Source of the DNA: Candidatus Multivorans sp.
GTDB taxonomy: Bacteria > Acidobacteriota > Thermoanaerobaculia > Multivoradales > Multivoraceae
DNA length: 64,000 bases
Assembly: GCA_965247095.1 (NCBI GenBank)
Contig: OZ251997.1
Location: 192,001-256,000, forward strand
Direction: 5' to 3'
Shown here piece after piece: positions 27,047-37,071 of this stretch (positions are counted from its first letter, which is position 1; each line of letters begins with the position of its first letter). The notes under the pieces are model-generated. The model did no database searches, was not told where the DNA came from, and saw only the letters and a program-made list of their open reading frames with translations. A program made the position numbers and the translations under genes.

Positions 27047-28783
27047 ATGCACCGAGCATTGGAATTCGCACGTTTCGAGCTGAAGGGAGCGCATCCGCTG
27101 CTCGGAAGATGGTCGCCCACGCTCGTCGTCCTCGGCGCACTGGCTTTCGTCTCTGCCGTACAGGGCTCCGACTGGCCGCAGTGGCGGGGACCGAATCGCG
27201 ACGGCATAGCAGCCGGGGGCGAACTTCCCGCCGTGCTTCCCACAGCGCTCCATCAGCTCTGGAAGGTCCGGGTGGGCAGCGGCCAGTCCTCTCCGATCGT
27301 CGTTGGTGACCGCGTGTTCGTGCACGCGCGGCAGGGCGAAGAGGAAGTCGTGCTTGCCCTCTCGGCGGCGACCGGCGAGGAACTGTGGCGGCACAGCTAC
27401 TCGGTGTCCTACGTGCCCAGAACCGCGGCCATCCAGTACGGCCCGGGTCCGAAGTCGACCATGCTGGCTGAAGGCGATTCGGTCTACAGCTTCGGCATCC
27501 GGGAGCGTCTTCTTGCCCTGGAGGCAATGTCGGGCGCGGTGCGCTGGGAGAAGACCTTCGAAGACCTCTACGAGGAGCCGTACCCGATCTGGGGAACCGC
27601 CTCTTCGCCGCTGATCGAGGGCAACCTGCTGATCGTCCCGATTGGGACCACGGGCAACCAGCAGCAGGGAAACCATGGCGCCCTGGTTGCCTACGACAAG
27701 GCGACCGGAGAGGAAGTGTGGCGGGTGGACGGGCCGCCCGCGTACGCCTCGCCCGTAGCGTTCACGCATGGGGGTGTTCGCCAGATCGTGACGATGGACG
27801 ACGTGTCCTTCTTCGGAGTCGGGGCCACTGATGGCGATCCGCTGTGGTCGCTCGACTTCGAGACCGCATTCGAGCAGAACACGCCCACCACGGTTCGGTA
27901 TGACGGCACGTTCATTCTCTCCGGCTACCAGTGGGGTACTGCGGCGATCAAGGTCGAGCCGCCGGCTGAGGCGGACGGAGCCTGGGCGGTGAGCGAGGAG
28001 TGGATGACGACGGACGCCGAGCTCTACATGGATTCGCCGGTCCTGGTCGGCGACCATCTGTACTTCCGGTCGAACAAGAGGGCCGGCACCTTCGTCTGTC
28101 TCGATCCCGCTACCGGGGAGCTTGTCTGGCAGAGCCCTGGACGGTGGGCGGCCTACGCCTCGGTCATCGCGGTGGACGATCGCCTTCTGGTGCTCACCGA
28201 TGAAGCCGAACTCAAGGTGATCGCGGCGGATCCGTCGGGCTACCGGGAGTTGGCTTCCTGGGAAGTGGCGACTTCTTCGACCTGGTCGCACCTGGCGCTT
28301 TCCGGATCCCGGGTCTACGTCAAGGACGAGGAGCATCTCGCGGGTTTCGACCTGGCGGCCGCGCGGGTCACGGAAGCAAGGGACCAGCCCACGACACCCA
28401 CGGAACCTCAGTCGGAGAGAAGCGCCGGTGCGGACAGGACGCGGGATACCGAGGCCGTAGAGGTTGCTGTTCGTGAGCTCTTGAAGACCCTGGAGACCGG
28501 ACACATGGACCTCATGCTGACCTATCTGGGCGAGGACTTCAGGTCCGACAGCGGCGCCTCGAAGACGGTCTTCCGCCAATACCTCGGGTCAACTGCCGGC
28601 AGCGAGACGAAGAGCGAGGACATGAGGGTCGAGTGGGAGGGTGCTACGGCCAAGATCACCGGAGTGCGGTGGATCAGGGGCACGATGGATTTCGGAGTCG
28701 AGATGCTGGTCGACCAGCGCGACGGCAAGTGGCTCGTCACCTTCTTCGAGCTCGACTCGAGGGGCATCTTCGACGAGCCGTAG
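27047..28783 (+). CDS. PQQ-like beta-propeller protein with C-terminal NTF2/SnoaL-like domain (copy 2)
   Basis: Long stretches identical to 23814-25547; SD GGAGG upstream. Confidence 0.85.
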   Translation: MHRALEFARFELKGAHPLLGRWSPTLVVLGALAFVSAVQGSDWPQWRGPNRDGIAAGGELPAVLPTALHQLWKVRVGSGQSSPIVVGDRVFVHARQGEEEVVLALSAATGEELWRHSYSVSYVPRTAAIQYGPGPKSTMLAEGDSVYSFGIRERLLALEAMSGAVRWEKTFEDLYEEPYPIWGTASSPLIEGNLLIVPIGTTGNQQQGNHGALVAYDKATGEEVWRVDGPPAYASPVAFTHGGVRQIVTMDDVSFFGVGATDGDPLWSLDFETAFEQNTPTTVRYDGTFILSGYQWGTAAIKVEPPAEADGAWAVSEEWMTTDAELYMDSPVLVGDHLYFRSNKRAGTFVCLDPATGELVWQSPGRWAAYASVIAVDDRLLVLTDEAELKVIAADPSGYRELASWEVATSSTWSHLALSGSRVYVKDEEHLAGFDLAAARVTEARDQPTTPTEPQSERSAGADRTRDTEAVEVAVRELLKTLETGHMDLMLTYLGEDFRSDSGASKTVFRQYLGSTAGSETKSEDMRVEWEGATAKITGVRWIRGTMDFGVEMLVDQRDGKWLVTFFELDSRGIFDEP

Positions 28784-28806
28784 GAGTGGCCACGGCGGGT
28801 CGCCGA

Positions 28807-28893
28807 CGGTAGTGCATTGGCGCTGCCCAACCGAGGCTCGTGCAGAGAAGTGGGCCGACGAAGTCGCGGACCTGGTTCACGCGCTCGCGGTAG
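28807..28893. pseudogene. collapsed remnant of the divergent GNAT gene pair
   Basis: 28807-28823 equals 26202-26218; 28828-28876 resembles 26291-26339; 28875-28888 equals 26662-26675. Confidence 0.75.
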
Positions 28894-28935
28894 GCTACCC
28901 GTCGCACTGCTCCCGCGCCCGCGGTCCCACCGACG

Positions 28936-30681
28936 ATGTCCTCGCCTTCTAGTCGCCGTTCCTACTTCTTTGGACCGTACGTGCTGGATCTCGGTCAGCG
29001 GCGGCTGCTTCGCGACGGGCAGCCGGTTCCGGTTCGGCCGAAGGTCTTCGACACGCTGCGGGCTCTGGTCGAGAACAGCGACCGCCTTCTGCACAAGGAG
29101 GAGCTGATGACCATCGTGTGGCCGCACAGAAGCGCGGTCGACGAGAGCAATCTCACCCACAATGTGTCCGTGCTGCGGAAGATTCTGGGGCAGACCAGCA
29201 AGACCCAGTACGTCGTCACCGTTCCTGGCCGCGGCTACCGCTTCACCGCTCCGGTCGAGGCGTCGCTCGAGGGATCGATCGCGGTCCGGCCCTTCGCCAG
29301 CCTGAGTCCTGACTCGGACCAGGACTTCTTCTGTCAGGGGATGGCCCAGGAGCTCATCGATGCCCTGGCAGGTGTCGAGGGGCTGCGGGTCGTTGGCCGG
29401 ACTTCTTCCTTCGATCGCCGGCTGAGAGAACTGGGCGCTTTCGCGGTCGGCGAGAAGCTGGGTGTCTCGACGATCCTCGAGGGCAGCGTGCGCAAGGCGG
29501 GCGACCAACTGCGGATCTCGGCGCGACTGATCCGGACCTTGGACGGAACGCAGCTCTGGTCCGAGCACTACGATCGGAAACTGGGTGACGTCTTCGAGAT
29601 CCAGGAGCACATCGCGCAAGCGATTGTCGACCACGTACGTACGAAACTGCTGGATCCACACACCGGTCCCGTCGTGTCACGAACCACGGACGACCAGGAC
29701 GTCTATCGCCTCTACCTGGAGGCGAGGTACAGCCTGAACCACCAGACGGAAAAGGGGATGCAACAGGCGATCCGGTTTCTTGACCGGGCGCTCAAGCTGC
29801 AGCCTGGTTTCGCGCGTGGTCACGCTCTGCTCGCAGTGTGCTACGCGTATCGAGCTGTCTACGGCTTCCGGTCCGTGCCCGAGACGGTGGCCAAGGCGGA
29901 GGAAGCGGTGCGCCAGGCACTGGAACTCGACGACTCGAGTGCGCTCGCGTACCAGGCGTTGGGTGTTCTGAGCGCCACGTTTCGATGGGACTGGCCGGCA
30001 GCGCAAGGGGCATACCTGCGGGCTCTGCGACTCGATCCGGGCGATTCCACCGCCCACTACTCGTACGGGAACCACATGCTGGCGCCGGTTGGTCGTCTTG
30101 AGGAGGCGGAACAGGAAATCAGGATCGCCGCGGAGTTGGATCCTCTGTCGCCGACGTTCAGTCAGGGTCTTTGCCTGGTCCTCTACTACGCGCGCCGTTA
30201 CGAAGAGGCGGTCGTGCAGGCTCGTCACACGCTCGCCCTGGAGACGGACTATCCGATCGTGAGCACGCTGTTAGCGGCCTGCTACAGCGCGATGGGCCGG
30301 CCCGACGAGGCGATCCATGAGCGTCAGGTCCACCTGCGGAATACCGGTCGCGTGGAAGACGCGGAGGCGATGGGGAGCGCCTACGCGAAGGAGGGCGAAC
30401 CGGGAGCACTGCGCTGGATAGCGGATCAGTTGCTGAAGCGGGCGGATGCCGGGGAGCAACGTCCCTTCTCCCTGGCTATCCTGTACTCCTGGCTCGACGA
30501 GAGAGAAGCTGCTCTGATGTGGCTGGAAGATGCGCTGAATGCGAAGCTTGGCGCCGTTATCTGGACCAAGGTGCATCCAGCGTTTGACAACCTGCGCGGC
30601 GAGCCACGGTTCCAGGAGCTGCTCGACAAAATGGGCGTCAACGATCCCCGGGTTGCGACGCCCGGGGCCGTTGTCCACTAG
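28936..30681 (+). CDS. OmpR/CadC-type winged-HTH + TolB-N-like + TPR regulator
   Basis: FGPYVLD, KVFDTL, VTVPGRGYRF, SIAVRPF, LEGSVRKAGDQLRISARL, TPR repeats, P.FDNLRGEPRF. Confidence 0.87.
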   Translation: MSSPSSRRSYFFGPYVLDLGQRRLLRDGQPVPVRPKVFDTLRALVENSDRLLHKEELMTIVWPHRSAVDESNLTHNVSVLRKILGQTSKTQYVVTVPGRGYRFTAPVEASLEGSIAVRPFASLSPDSDQDFFCQGMAQELIDALAGVEGLRVVGRTSSFDRRLRELGAFAVGEKLGVSTILEGSVRKAGDQLRISARLIRTLDGTQLWSEHYDRKLGDVFEIQEHIAQAIVDHVRTKLLDPHTGPVVSRTTDDQDVYRLYLEARYSLNHQTEKGMQQAIRFLDRALKLQPGFARGHALLAVCYAYRAVYGFRSVPETVAKAEEAVRQALELDDSSALAYQALGVLSATFRWDWPAAQGAYLRALRLDPGDSTAHYSYGNHMLAPVGRLEEAEQEIRIAAELDPLSPTFSQGLCLVLYYARRYEEAVVQARHTLALETDYPIVSTLLAACYSAMGRPDEAIHERQVHLRNTGRVEDAEAMGSAYAKEGEPGALRWIADQLLKRADAGEQRPFSLAILYSWLDEREAALMWLEDALNAKLGAVIWTKVHPAFDNLRGEPRFQELLDKMGVNDPRVATPGAVVH

Positions 30682-32366
30682 GGATCCTCTACGGGCGGTC
30701 CGGTGTGTTGCCGGGGTGGGTGAAAGAGCGTTCCCAGGCCCTTCTCCAGTTCCAAGCAGGCCGCGGCTTCGCCCATGTTGCAGGCCGTGGAGAGGAGTTC
30801 CTGGGCCAGGCCGATGTTCCTCGGCACGCCGTGCCCGTGCACGTGGGCGTAGCCCAGCAGGAAGCAGCTCATGCTGTCGCCTTCGTCGCATCCGCCCGAG
30901 AGTTTCCCGATCGCGTCGGACACCCCGGCAGACGACATCGTCACGTTGCCGTCGAAGAACGCCTGGATGGCGACGTTCTGGCAACCCTTGTGGAAACCGC
31001 TGCGGCACGCCTGGTCGAAGTAGGAGACGCCCTCCAGCGGGTCGAGCGGCACCACCTCTCCCCGGTTGAACAGCACGCCCAACTGGTTGCATTCCTCGCC
31101 ACCGCCGTTGTCGCACGCGAGTTCCAGTTTCGTGACCAGGTTCTCGCAGGCGAACCGCTTGCCCTCGTCGCAGGCGGTCTGCCAGTACTTGAAGTCGTCG
31201 CCCTCGTGCGTGCGGCCGACGAAGTTCGACGCCAGCATCCACCCAAAGAGCCCGATCCAGACGGCCATGAAGGCGTAGTTCACCCGGCGTGGCTTCGTCG
31301 TCTGAAGCAGCACCGAGAGGCGCAGGCTCTCCACGCGGCGCGACTTCCCCAGCCGGTCGAGCAGCGGCACGCAGAGGTTGAGCACCGGCACGAAGAGGAG
31401 CTTGTCGTAGAACAGCGGGACGTCGATCTGGCGGAGGAACTCGAAGAGGCCGAAGGCGCTGAGTCCGTAGAGCGCCCCGAACACCGCGCTTCCCAGCCTG
31501 CTGCGCGGAGACGTCGAAGGATCGGTGACGAGGAGGTGAAGACCGAGGAAGACCGCGATCGGAATGCTGGCGTCGACGAAGAAGTGGACGCCCGTCAAGC
31601 TGGAATAGACGAGGTTCGCCGACACCAGGGCGGCTGCTGCGAACAGCGTCACGATCGTCACCGAGAAGAAGAACTGGACGACCAGACCGGCCATGAAGAT
31701 CGCGACATACATGTGGGGCGCGTTGGCCAGGGTGGTCGCGATCTGAGCGCCCCAGGTGAGGTCCGTCGTCCCGGAGAGGATCAGGCCGAGCGAGAAGACC
31801 GACAGAGCGAAGCCCGAGGGATTGAAGATGTGCCTCTTTCGGCCGTCCCGGTTCCACCGGAAGAACTCCTTGCCGAGGATGCCGACGGCGATCATCGAGA
31901 ACTGCAGGTAGAACCACTCTTCCTTGAAGCAGAGGAAGAAGTTCGTGCTCAGAATGATCGGAAACTGCCCGAAGCCCAGGTACCAGGTGTTACGCCTCGA
32001 CCAACTGACGAGCATGTCGAAGGCGTAGGCAAAGACGATCTGCGCGAGGATGAGTGCCGCCTGGTTGCTCATCTGGTCCCAGTACAGGCCCCAGTAGACG
32101 TAGATGCAGGTCTGAACGAATGCCTGCACGTAGTGCGAGGGGATGAGGGAGACCTTCAGCTTGAGTTCGCGACCGTCCTGAGCGGAACTCGCCAGGAGGC
32201 GAGCTTGCAGGAGGACCAGGGCCGCACAGGCGGTCCAGACCGACCAGCTCAGTTCGGAGCTGCCCCGGAACTGTGGCAGCAGCGAGAACGCAAGCAGCAG
32301 GAGAGTGAAGGACGCTGGCAGCCACCAGGTCGGCGGCAGCCGCCGGGCTTTCCCGATGTCGGTCAT
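30678..32366 (-). CDS. RnfD/UnbU-like multi-TM protein with C-terminal Sel1-like repeats
   Basis: HIFNPS, TDPSTSP, many TM segments, AC..G...C..LG repeats. Start moved to 32366 because the longer ORF start lies in a repeat copy. Confidence 0.65.
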   Translation of the reverse strand: MTDIGKARRLPPTWWLPASFTLLLLAFSLLPQFRGSSELSWSVWTACAALVLLQARLLASSAQDGRELKLKVSLIPSHYVQAFVQTCIYVYWGLYWDQMSNQAALILAQIVFAYAFDMLVSWSRRNTWYLGFGQFPIILSTNFFLCFKEEWFYLQFSMIAVGILGKEFFRWNRDGRKRHIFNPSGFALSVFSLGLILSGTTDLTWGAQIATTLANAPHMYVAIFMAGLVVQFFFSVTIVTLFAAAALVSANLVYSSLTGVHFFVDASIPIAVFLGLHLLVTDPSTSPRSRLGSAVFGALYGLSAFGLFEFLRQIDVPLFYDKLLFVPVLNLCVPLLDRLGKSRRVESLRLSVLLQTTKPRRVNYAFMAVWIGLFGWMLASNFVGRTHEGDDFKYWQTACDEGKRFACENLVTKLELACDNGGGEECNQLGVLFNRGEVVPLDPLEGVSYFDQACRSGFHKGCQNVAIQAFFDGNVTMSSAGVSDAIGKLSGGCDEGDSMSCFLLGYAHVHGHGVPRNIGLAQELLSTACNMGEAAACLELEKGLGTLFHPPRQHTGPPVEDP

Positions 32367-32387
32367 GCGGGATCTCCTACGGTCATG

Positions 32388-32452
32388 CCAGGAGTCGAGT
32401 CGCGGCGTCCGCGCCGCGCTGACGCACAGGAACAGTGCTTGTCCCATACAAG
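32388..32452. repeat. REP-like repeat family A, degenerate copy
   Basis: ggagtcgagtcgcggcgtccgcgccgcgctgacgcacagg is identical to the other copies; the tail has diverged. Confidence 0.85.
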
Positions 32453-32519
32453 TTTACGCGGCAGCTCGTCGGCCGGGAGCTATAGTCTTCGTGGATTCCT
32501 TGGGTCCTAGAGGAGAACG

Positions 32520-33080
32520 ATGCGATCGAGAGCGCGCCGGCGTCGTTGGCGGGCCGGGAGCGTGATTCTGATGCTGGCGGTGCTCGCGGCCGCGGGTGTG
32601 CTGGTAAGCCGCGCTGTCCGTGACGGTCGCGCGCAAGCGGCCCTGACCGACGCCCTGGTGACAAGCCGGGTACCGGGCCGGCTTGGCGAGACTCAGCGCC
32701 GCCTCGAACGGCTGATCGTGGACTATCGCGACAGCCGGGCTGCCTGGGCTGCGCATGGCCACCTCGCTGAACTGCAGGCGGAGAACGGCAGGTTCGATGA
32801 GGCCCGCAAGCTCTGGCAGAGCGTGGTCGAGAGGGCCCCGGGCGATCTCGCGGCGGACGCGGAGATGAACCTGATCCGCCTGGACCGCGAGCAGGGCCGG
32901 CTCGAGGAGCTGGCCGGCAGGCTGGCGAGCCTGGTGGAGAGTGGAGAGAGCAGCCTGCCGGAGGATGTCCTCCTGTTCGAACTCGCCCAGACCCTCGAAG
33001 AGTTGGGGCGGCACGATGAGGCCCGCAAGATCAAGCGCTTCGAGGAAGTCGTGCCGGAAGGACCCCGGGTGCGCAGGTAG
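32520..33080 (+). CDS. membrane-anchored TPR protein (YfgM-like)
   Basis: N-terminal TM helix, TPR-like helices, SD GAGGAG. Confidence 0.6.
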   Translation: MRSRARRRRWRAGSVILMLAVLAAAGVLVSRAVRDGRAQAALTDALVTSRVPGRLGETQRRLERLIVDYRDSRAAWAAHGHLAELQAENGRFDEARKLWQSVVERAPGDLAADAEMNLIRLDREQGRLEELAGRLASLVESGESSLPEDVLLFELAQTLEELGRHDEARKIKRFEEVVPEGPRVRR

Positions 33081-33092
33081 CGGCCTCTCCGG

Positions 33093-33527
33093 CTACTCCT
33101 CAGCAGACGAGCGCTGTACCTCGGCGATGATTCGCTGGCGCACCGCGGTCGGGTTGGTTACCGGTTGACGGCGCAGTCGCCCCACTTCGGCTGCCTCATA
33201 GGGCTTCAGGTCCTTTGCGTTCTCGGGATCGAAGCGCCTGACGATCCAGTTCATCAATCTGGCCAGAGCCGCGTCGTCGATGAAAGCCTGGGAGGCGCCG
33301 GGCACCTGAACGAGATAGTCGCGCCACTCCGGGCTGGAGATGAACTTGCCCACCTCGCCGGGCAACGGAGGAACCGTGCCCTCCACGCCGGAACCGTCGG
33401 CCATGTGGCAGCCCTGGCAGTGCAGCATGTAGTCGAGGTGGGCGAGACGGTAGGTCTCCGCCTCGTCGGCCGCGGCCGCACCCGCGCACACGAAACCGAG
33501 CGTGAGCAGAACGACGACGCGATGCAC
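33093..33527 (-). CDS. monoheme cytochrome c (start uncertain)
   Basis: Signal peptide, DYMLHCQGCH, YLVQVPG; last gene of the mau cluster. Confidence 0.82.
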   Translation of the reverse strand: MHRVVVLLTLGFVCAGAAAADEAETYRLAHLDYMLHCQGCHMADGSGVEGTVPPLPGEVGKFISSPEWRDYLVQVPGASQAFIDDAALARLMNWIVRRFDPENAKDLKPYEAAEVGRLRRQPVTNPTAVRQRIIAEVQRSSAEE

Positions 33528-33564
33528 TTCGCGGTGTACCTCGGAATCCACGAATCCAGTCGTG

Positions 33565-34086
33565 CTATTCGGCGACTGCAAGAATGCGGGACATCGTGCA
33601 GTGGTAGCCGAACGGAGCGCCGCCGTTTCCGCACCAGAGGACGGAGTTCGAACGCTGCGGCTGGTACCGCGCGGTGTCGCCCTCATTCGTGTTGCAGTAG
33701 CAGCGTTGGCAGGGGAAGGCGCCGCAGCAGTCGTGGTAGGCGACGACGTAACTCTTGCCGTCCGCCGGATTCAGGCAGGTGCCGGTCCAGGTGACGGGCG
33801 CCGCCTTGGACCCCGGCGGGCAGGAGTTCGTCGAGCCGCCGCAGCACCCGCACAGCCAACCGTCGACCGAGCAGTACGCCCAGTAGTCGCACTGCGCGGG
33901 ATCCTGATTGGGGTCCGCCGCCGCGCCCTCTGCGGACTCCTGCGCGAAAACGCGGTCCACCGGCAGCAGCGGCAGCAGAACGCCGCCGGCGATGACGCTA
34001 CCCAGTGAACCGAGCACCGACCTCCGGGAGGTCCTGTCGGCGAGACGGGTGGCCGCGCGAATCGAGATGTTGTCGAACCAGTTCAT
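33565..34086 (-). CDS. mauA: TTQ amine dehydrogenase small subunit
   Basis: Tat SRRSVL; CDYWAYCSVDGWLCGCCGG, TWTGTC, YHDCCG, VLWC. Both TTQ tryptophans are present. Confidence 0.92.
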   Translation of the reverse strand: MNWFDNISIRAATRLADRTSRRSVLGSLGSVIAGGVLLPLLPVDRVFAQESAEGAAADPNQDPAQCDYWAYCSVDGWLCGCCGGSTNSCPPGSKAAPVTWTGTCLNPADGKSYVVAYHDCCGAFPCQRCYCNTNEGDTARYQPQRSNSVLWCGNGGAPFGYHCTMSRILAVAE

Positions 34087-34094
34087 GGCAAACC

Positions 34095-34733
34095 TCACGA
34101 TGGTTGTTGTGATCCCCCTGCGATCAGCGCCGGCCCTTCGTCCCGGCGCTCGAGAAACTCCTGAATCGAGCTGACACCCAGCCTCTTAGCCTCAAAGAGG
34201 CTCTCGACGTGCTCCCTGCTGTTGGTGAGCCCTTGCGCGGCAATGACGCCTTGCTCGTCGATCAGCACCCCGTAGGGGAGCTTCCCGATTTCGTAGGTGA
34301 TGCCGAGTTCCGGCGAGAGCACGTACGTGAAACCGTCGAGCCCGTTCTTCTTCCGGAACTTCGCATGCTGCACCGGATCGCCGTCACTCGCGAAGACGAG
34401 CCGGAGCCAACTCGACTCCGCCTGGGCGATGGAGCGTAGCGCGGGAAGAAGTTGGGCGCATACGGGGCAGTTGGGCGTCAGGAAAGTGATCAGCGTGCTC
34501 TTGCCGTCGGAATCGGGCGCGCCGACGACGACCGCTTCGCCGTCGAGGGTCTCCAGCCGGAACTCGGGCGACTTCTCGCCGACCCGCACCTGTTTGCTGA
34601 GCGCCAGGGCGCCGACCGGGCCCAGCCGTTGATGCAGTACGCCGACCTGGCGTGCGAGCGCGAAGCTCACCACGGCGAGACAAAGAATCGCGCAGCCCTG
34701 GATCGCGAGCAGGATGGCGACGGAGGTCGTCAA
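34095..34733 (-). CDS. mauD: amine dehydrogenase maturation thioredoxin-like protein
   Basis: ALARQVGVLHQRLGPVGAL, CPVC, KLPYGVLID, GLTNSREHVESL; TTG start overlaps the mauE stop. Confidence 0.9.
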   Translation of the reverse strand: MTTSVAILLAIQGCAILCLAVVSFALARQVGVLHQRLGPVGALALSKQVRVGEKSPEFRLETLDGEAVVVGAPDSDGKSTLITFLTPNCPVCAQLLPALRSIAQAESSWLRLVFASDGDPVQHAKFRKKNGLDGFTYVLSPELGITYEIGKLPYGVLIDEQGVIAAQGLTNSREHVESLFEAKRLGVSSIQEFLERRDEGPALIAGGSQQPS

Positions 34734-35290
34734 GACGTTTGCTCCCGGAGCAGACCGTGATTGGCGATGAGCACGTCCGCCGTAGCGTACATGGCGATGG
34801 CGAAGATGCCGAGCGAGAAGGCGCCGGTGTAGTCCGCGACCTCCAGCGGTCGCGCAGTCGCCGCCGGCGCCAGCAGGAGCGCTACGGCGATGAGCACCAG
34901 ATTCCGCCAGACCAGCGCCCATCCGGCGGGTTGCCCGCTGGCGCCGGCCCAGGAGCAGCCGCAGTCCTCCGGCGCGATGCCGCGGAGGATGCTCACGCTC
35001 ATGCCGAGCGCGTAGAGGGCAAGCAGCGTGACGACCACTGCGGCGGCCGCCGGCCCCGATGGGTAGAGGGCGCACAGGCCCGCGGCCAGAAGCTCCGTTG
35101 CGATGAGCCCGGCCGTCACCATGCCCGCAAGCACGGACCAACCCGGAAGGCCGAAGCTCTCCAGGTAGCGGGACGTGATCGCCGAAGTTGCCCGGAGGTC
35201 GCGCAGTTTGTGCACGGCGGTACCGAGAAACAGCAGCGTGAGCAGGACGCGCACGCCGAGTTGCACGACCGGGTCGATGGCGAGGCTCAT
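34730..35290 (-). CDS. mauE: MauE/DoxX family membrane protein
   Basis: TAVHKL, DCGC, LVWRN, TM helices. Confidence 0.85.
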   Translation of the reverse strand: MSLAIDPVVQLGVRVLLTLLFLGTAVHKLRDLRATSAITSRYLESFGLPGWSVLAGMVTAGLIATELLAAGLCALYPSGPAAAAVVVTLLALYALGMSVSILRGIAPEDCGCSWAGASGQPAGWALVWRNLVLIAVALLLAPAATARPLEVADYTGAFSLGIFAIAMYATADVLIANHGLLREQTS

Positions 35291-35297
35291 CGAGGAC

Positions 35298-36479
35298 TCA
35301 GTCCCAAGGTTGAATCATGACGATGGTGCCTCTGACCTCCTGATTGGGGGACAGCACGCGCGTCACCTCTCCCGTGTTCGCGTCGTAGATGTCGACGTGG
35401 GAATAGGTCGTCGCATAGAGGAGCGGCGCGTCGTCCTGGCTCACCGCGATCGCGGCGGTGGCGCGGTCCATCTTGTAGCGGGCAAGTCGTTCGCGGCTCT
35501 CGATGTCGAACACCCAGACCTCGAAGCCGAAGCCGCGGTGGAAGTCGTAGCCGCCCGGCTTCCGCTCGAGATCGGGTACCACGGACATCAGCATGAAGAG
35601 GCGGCCGGACCCGTCGTGGGCCGCCATGTGTTGGTTTGGCGCCGCGGGCACCCAGACCCCGGCGTCGTCCTCCTCACGGAACGTCCAGGGTTCCTGGAAG
35701 GAGATCTCGCCGCCGCTCGTGTCGACGGCGTGCATCACGCCGCGCACCGAGGCGAAGTACCAGACGTCTCCCGACCTCGCGCCCGTGGGATGGAGGGGAT
35801 CCCCTTCCGCGTCGAAGAAACCGGGGTGGCTTGTTCTCGCGCTCTCGGCGCCGTTGTCGTCCAGGTCGACCGCCAGCACGGCGCCGTCGCCGCACAACGA
35901 CAGGAACCGGCGGGGGCCGGCCGCCATCGTGTGCGCGCAGCCGCCGGTCTCGATCTCGCCGACGTACTTGCGCTTCTCCAGGTCGACCACCCCGAAGCTC
36001 AGGGCGGGAGTAAAGAACGACTGGATGAGGAAGCGATCGTCGTCCGTCAGGGTGGTGAGGTTGATGCTCGCCAGACCCCGCATCGCCTTCGGCGGTTCGA
36101 TCGGGATTTCGCCTTTGATCTCGAGCGTCTTGGCATCGAAGATCTCGACCACCTCGACGAGCTCGCCGTGGTAGCCGCGCGTGAGGTACACGGCATGGTT
36201 GTAGATCTCGTCGCCGGAGCTGGGGATCTGGGGCAGGAGGCCCTGGTAGCCGAGCTCGATCGTGCCGAGAACGGTTCCCGCGTCGGCGTCGATGAGGTCC
36301 GCGTGCGCGTAGTTGGGGAAGGCCGCGATCCAGACCCAGTGGGCGCCGTCCGGTTTGTCCGGGAGGACCGCGGTGAAAAGCGGCTCCGGCAGCGAGGCCG
36401 GATCGATCTGCGCTGAAGCCGGAATTCCGGCGAACCCGATAAAGGCGGCGAGCGCCACTGCCGAAAACGTCCTCTTCAT
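35298..36479 (-). CDS. mauB: TTQ amine dehydrogenase large subunit
   Basis: Signal peptide MKRTFSAV; RGYHGE, GEIPI.PPK, FTPALS..VVDL, GC, LCGDG, EVWVFD, VSQDDAPLLY. Confidence 0.88.
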   Translation of the reverse strand: MKRTFSAVALAAFIGFAGIPASAQIDPASLPEPLFTAVLPDKPDGAHWVWIAAFPNYAHADLIDADAGTVLGTIELGYQGLLPQIPSSGDEIYNHAVYLTRGYHGELVEVVEIFDAKTLEIKGEIPIEPPKAMRGLASINLTTLTDDDRFLIQSFFTPALSFGVVDLEKRKYVGEIETGGCAHTMAAGPRRFLSLCGDGAVLAVDLDDNGAESARTSHPGFFDAEGDPLHPTGARSGDVWYFASVRGVMHAVDTSGGEISFQEPWTFREEDDAGVWVPAAPNQHMAAHDGSGRLFMLMSVVPDLERKPGGYDFHRGFGFEVWVFDIESRERLARYKMDRATAAIAVSQDDAPLLYATTYSHVDIYDANTGEVTRVLSPNQEVRGTIVMIQPWD

Positions 36480-36481
36480 GT

Positions 36482-37000
36482 CTATTCCTTTCGGGTCCAG
36501 AACAACTCGTACTCGGTCTCCCACGTCTCGCCGTTGTCGGTGGAGAGCACGGAAAGCTCGCGCAGCCGTCCGTCGGGCAGCGTGAAGAAGCTGAAGCGGC
36601 CACTGGTCCCTTCGTCCAGATCGGCCGTCTCAAACCGGAACTCGTCGCTCACCATGTTCCCGTTCTCGAACCGCATCCGCTGTCCGCCCGGCTTCCCCGA
36701 GGCGGAGAGGTAGCTCCAGTTGTCGCGTGTGTCGCTGTAGACGAGAACACAGAAGAAGTCCCGTATACCCTCCATGCGGGTCATCCACTGTTCGACGAGA
36801 TAGCAGCCCTCGGGCCCCAGCTCCCAGACAACTTCGGCCATGAGCGTGCCGTCGCCAGTGTGTACCTCCCATTCGCCGACCAGGTGGTGCGCGGCCGCAC
36901 AGGCGGGATTCGCCGGCTCGTGTGAATCGGCCATTGCGGCCGAGGCGGCTAGGAGCGTGACCGTCACGGACCCCCAAGCGAGAAGTCGCGTCAAACCCAT
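36482..37000 (-). CDS. secreted hypothetical protein (DUF1579-like beta-barrel)
   Basis: Signal peptide; LVGEWEV, GC.LVEQW, STDNGETW; SD GGAGGAGG upstream. Confidence 0.65.
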   Translation of the reverse strand: MGLTRLLAWGSVTVTLLAASAAMADSHEPANPACAAAHHLVGEWEVHTGDGTLMAEVVWELGPEGCYLVEQWMTRMEGIRDFFCVLVYSDTRDNWSYLSASGKPGGQRMRFENGNMVSDEFRFETADLDEGTSGRFSFFTLPDGRLRELSVLSTDNGETWETEYELFWTRKE

Positions 37001-37071
37001 GTCGTCCTCCTCCTGAAGGCGCCCTTCGGCCTTCCGACGGTTGGCCTTCCCAGCGATGTTACGGTGGATTC

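Noticed and set aside
30678-30681. frequent CTAG at gene ends as a separate signal
   Set aside because: Largely expected from C-ending codons plus TAG usage; it needs genome-wide statistics.
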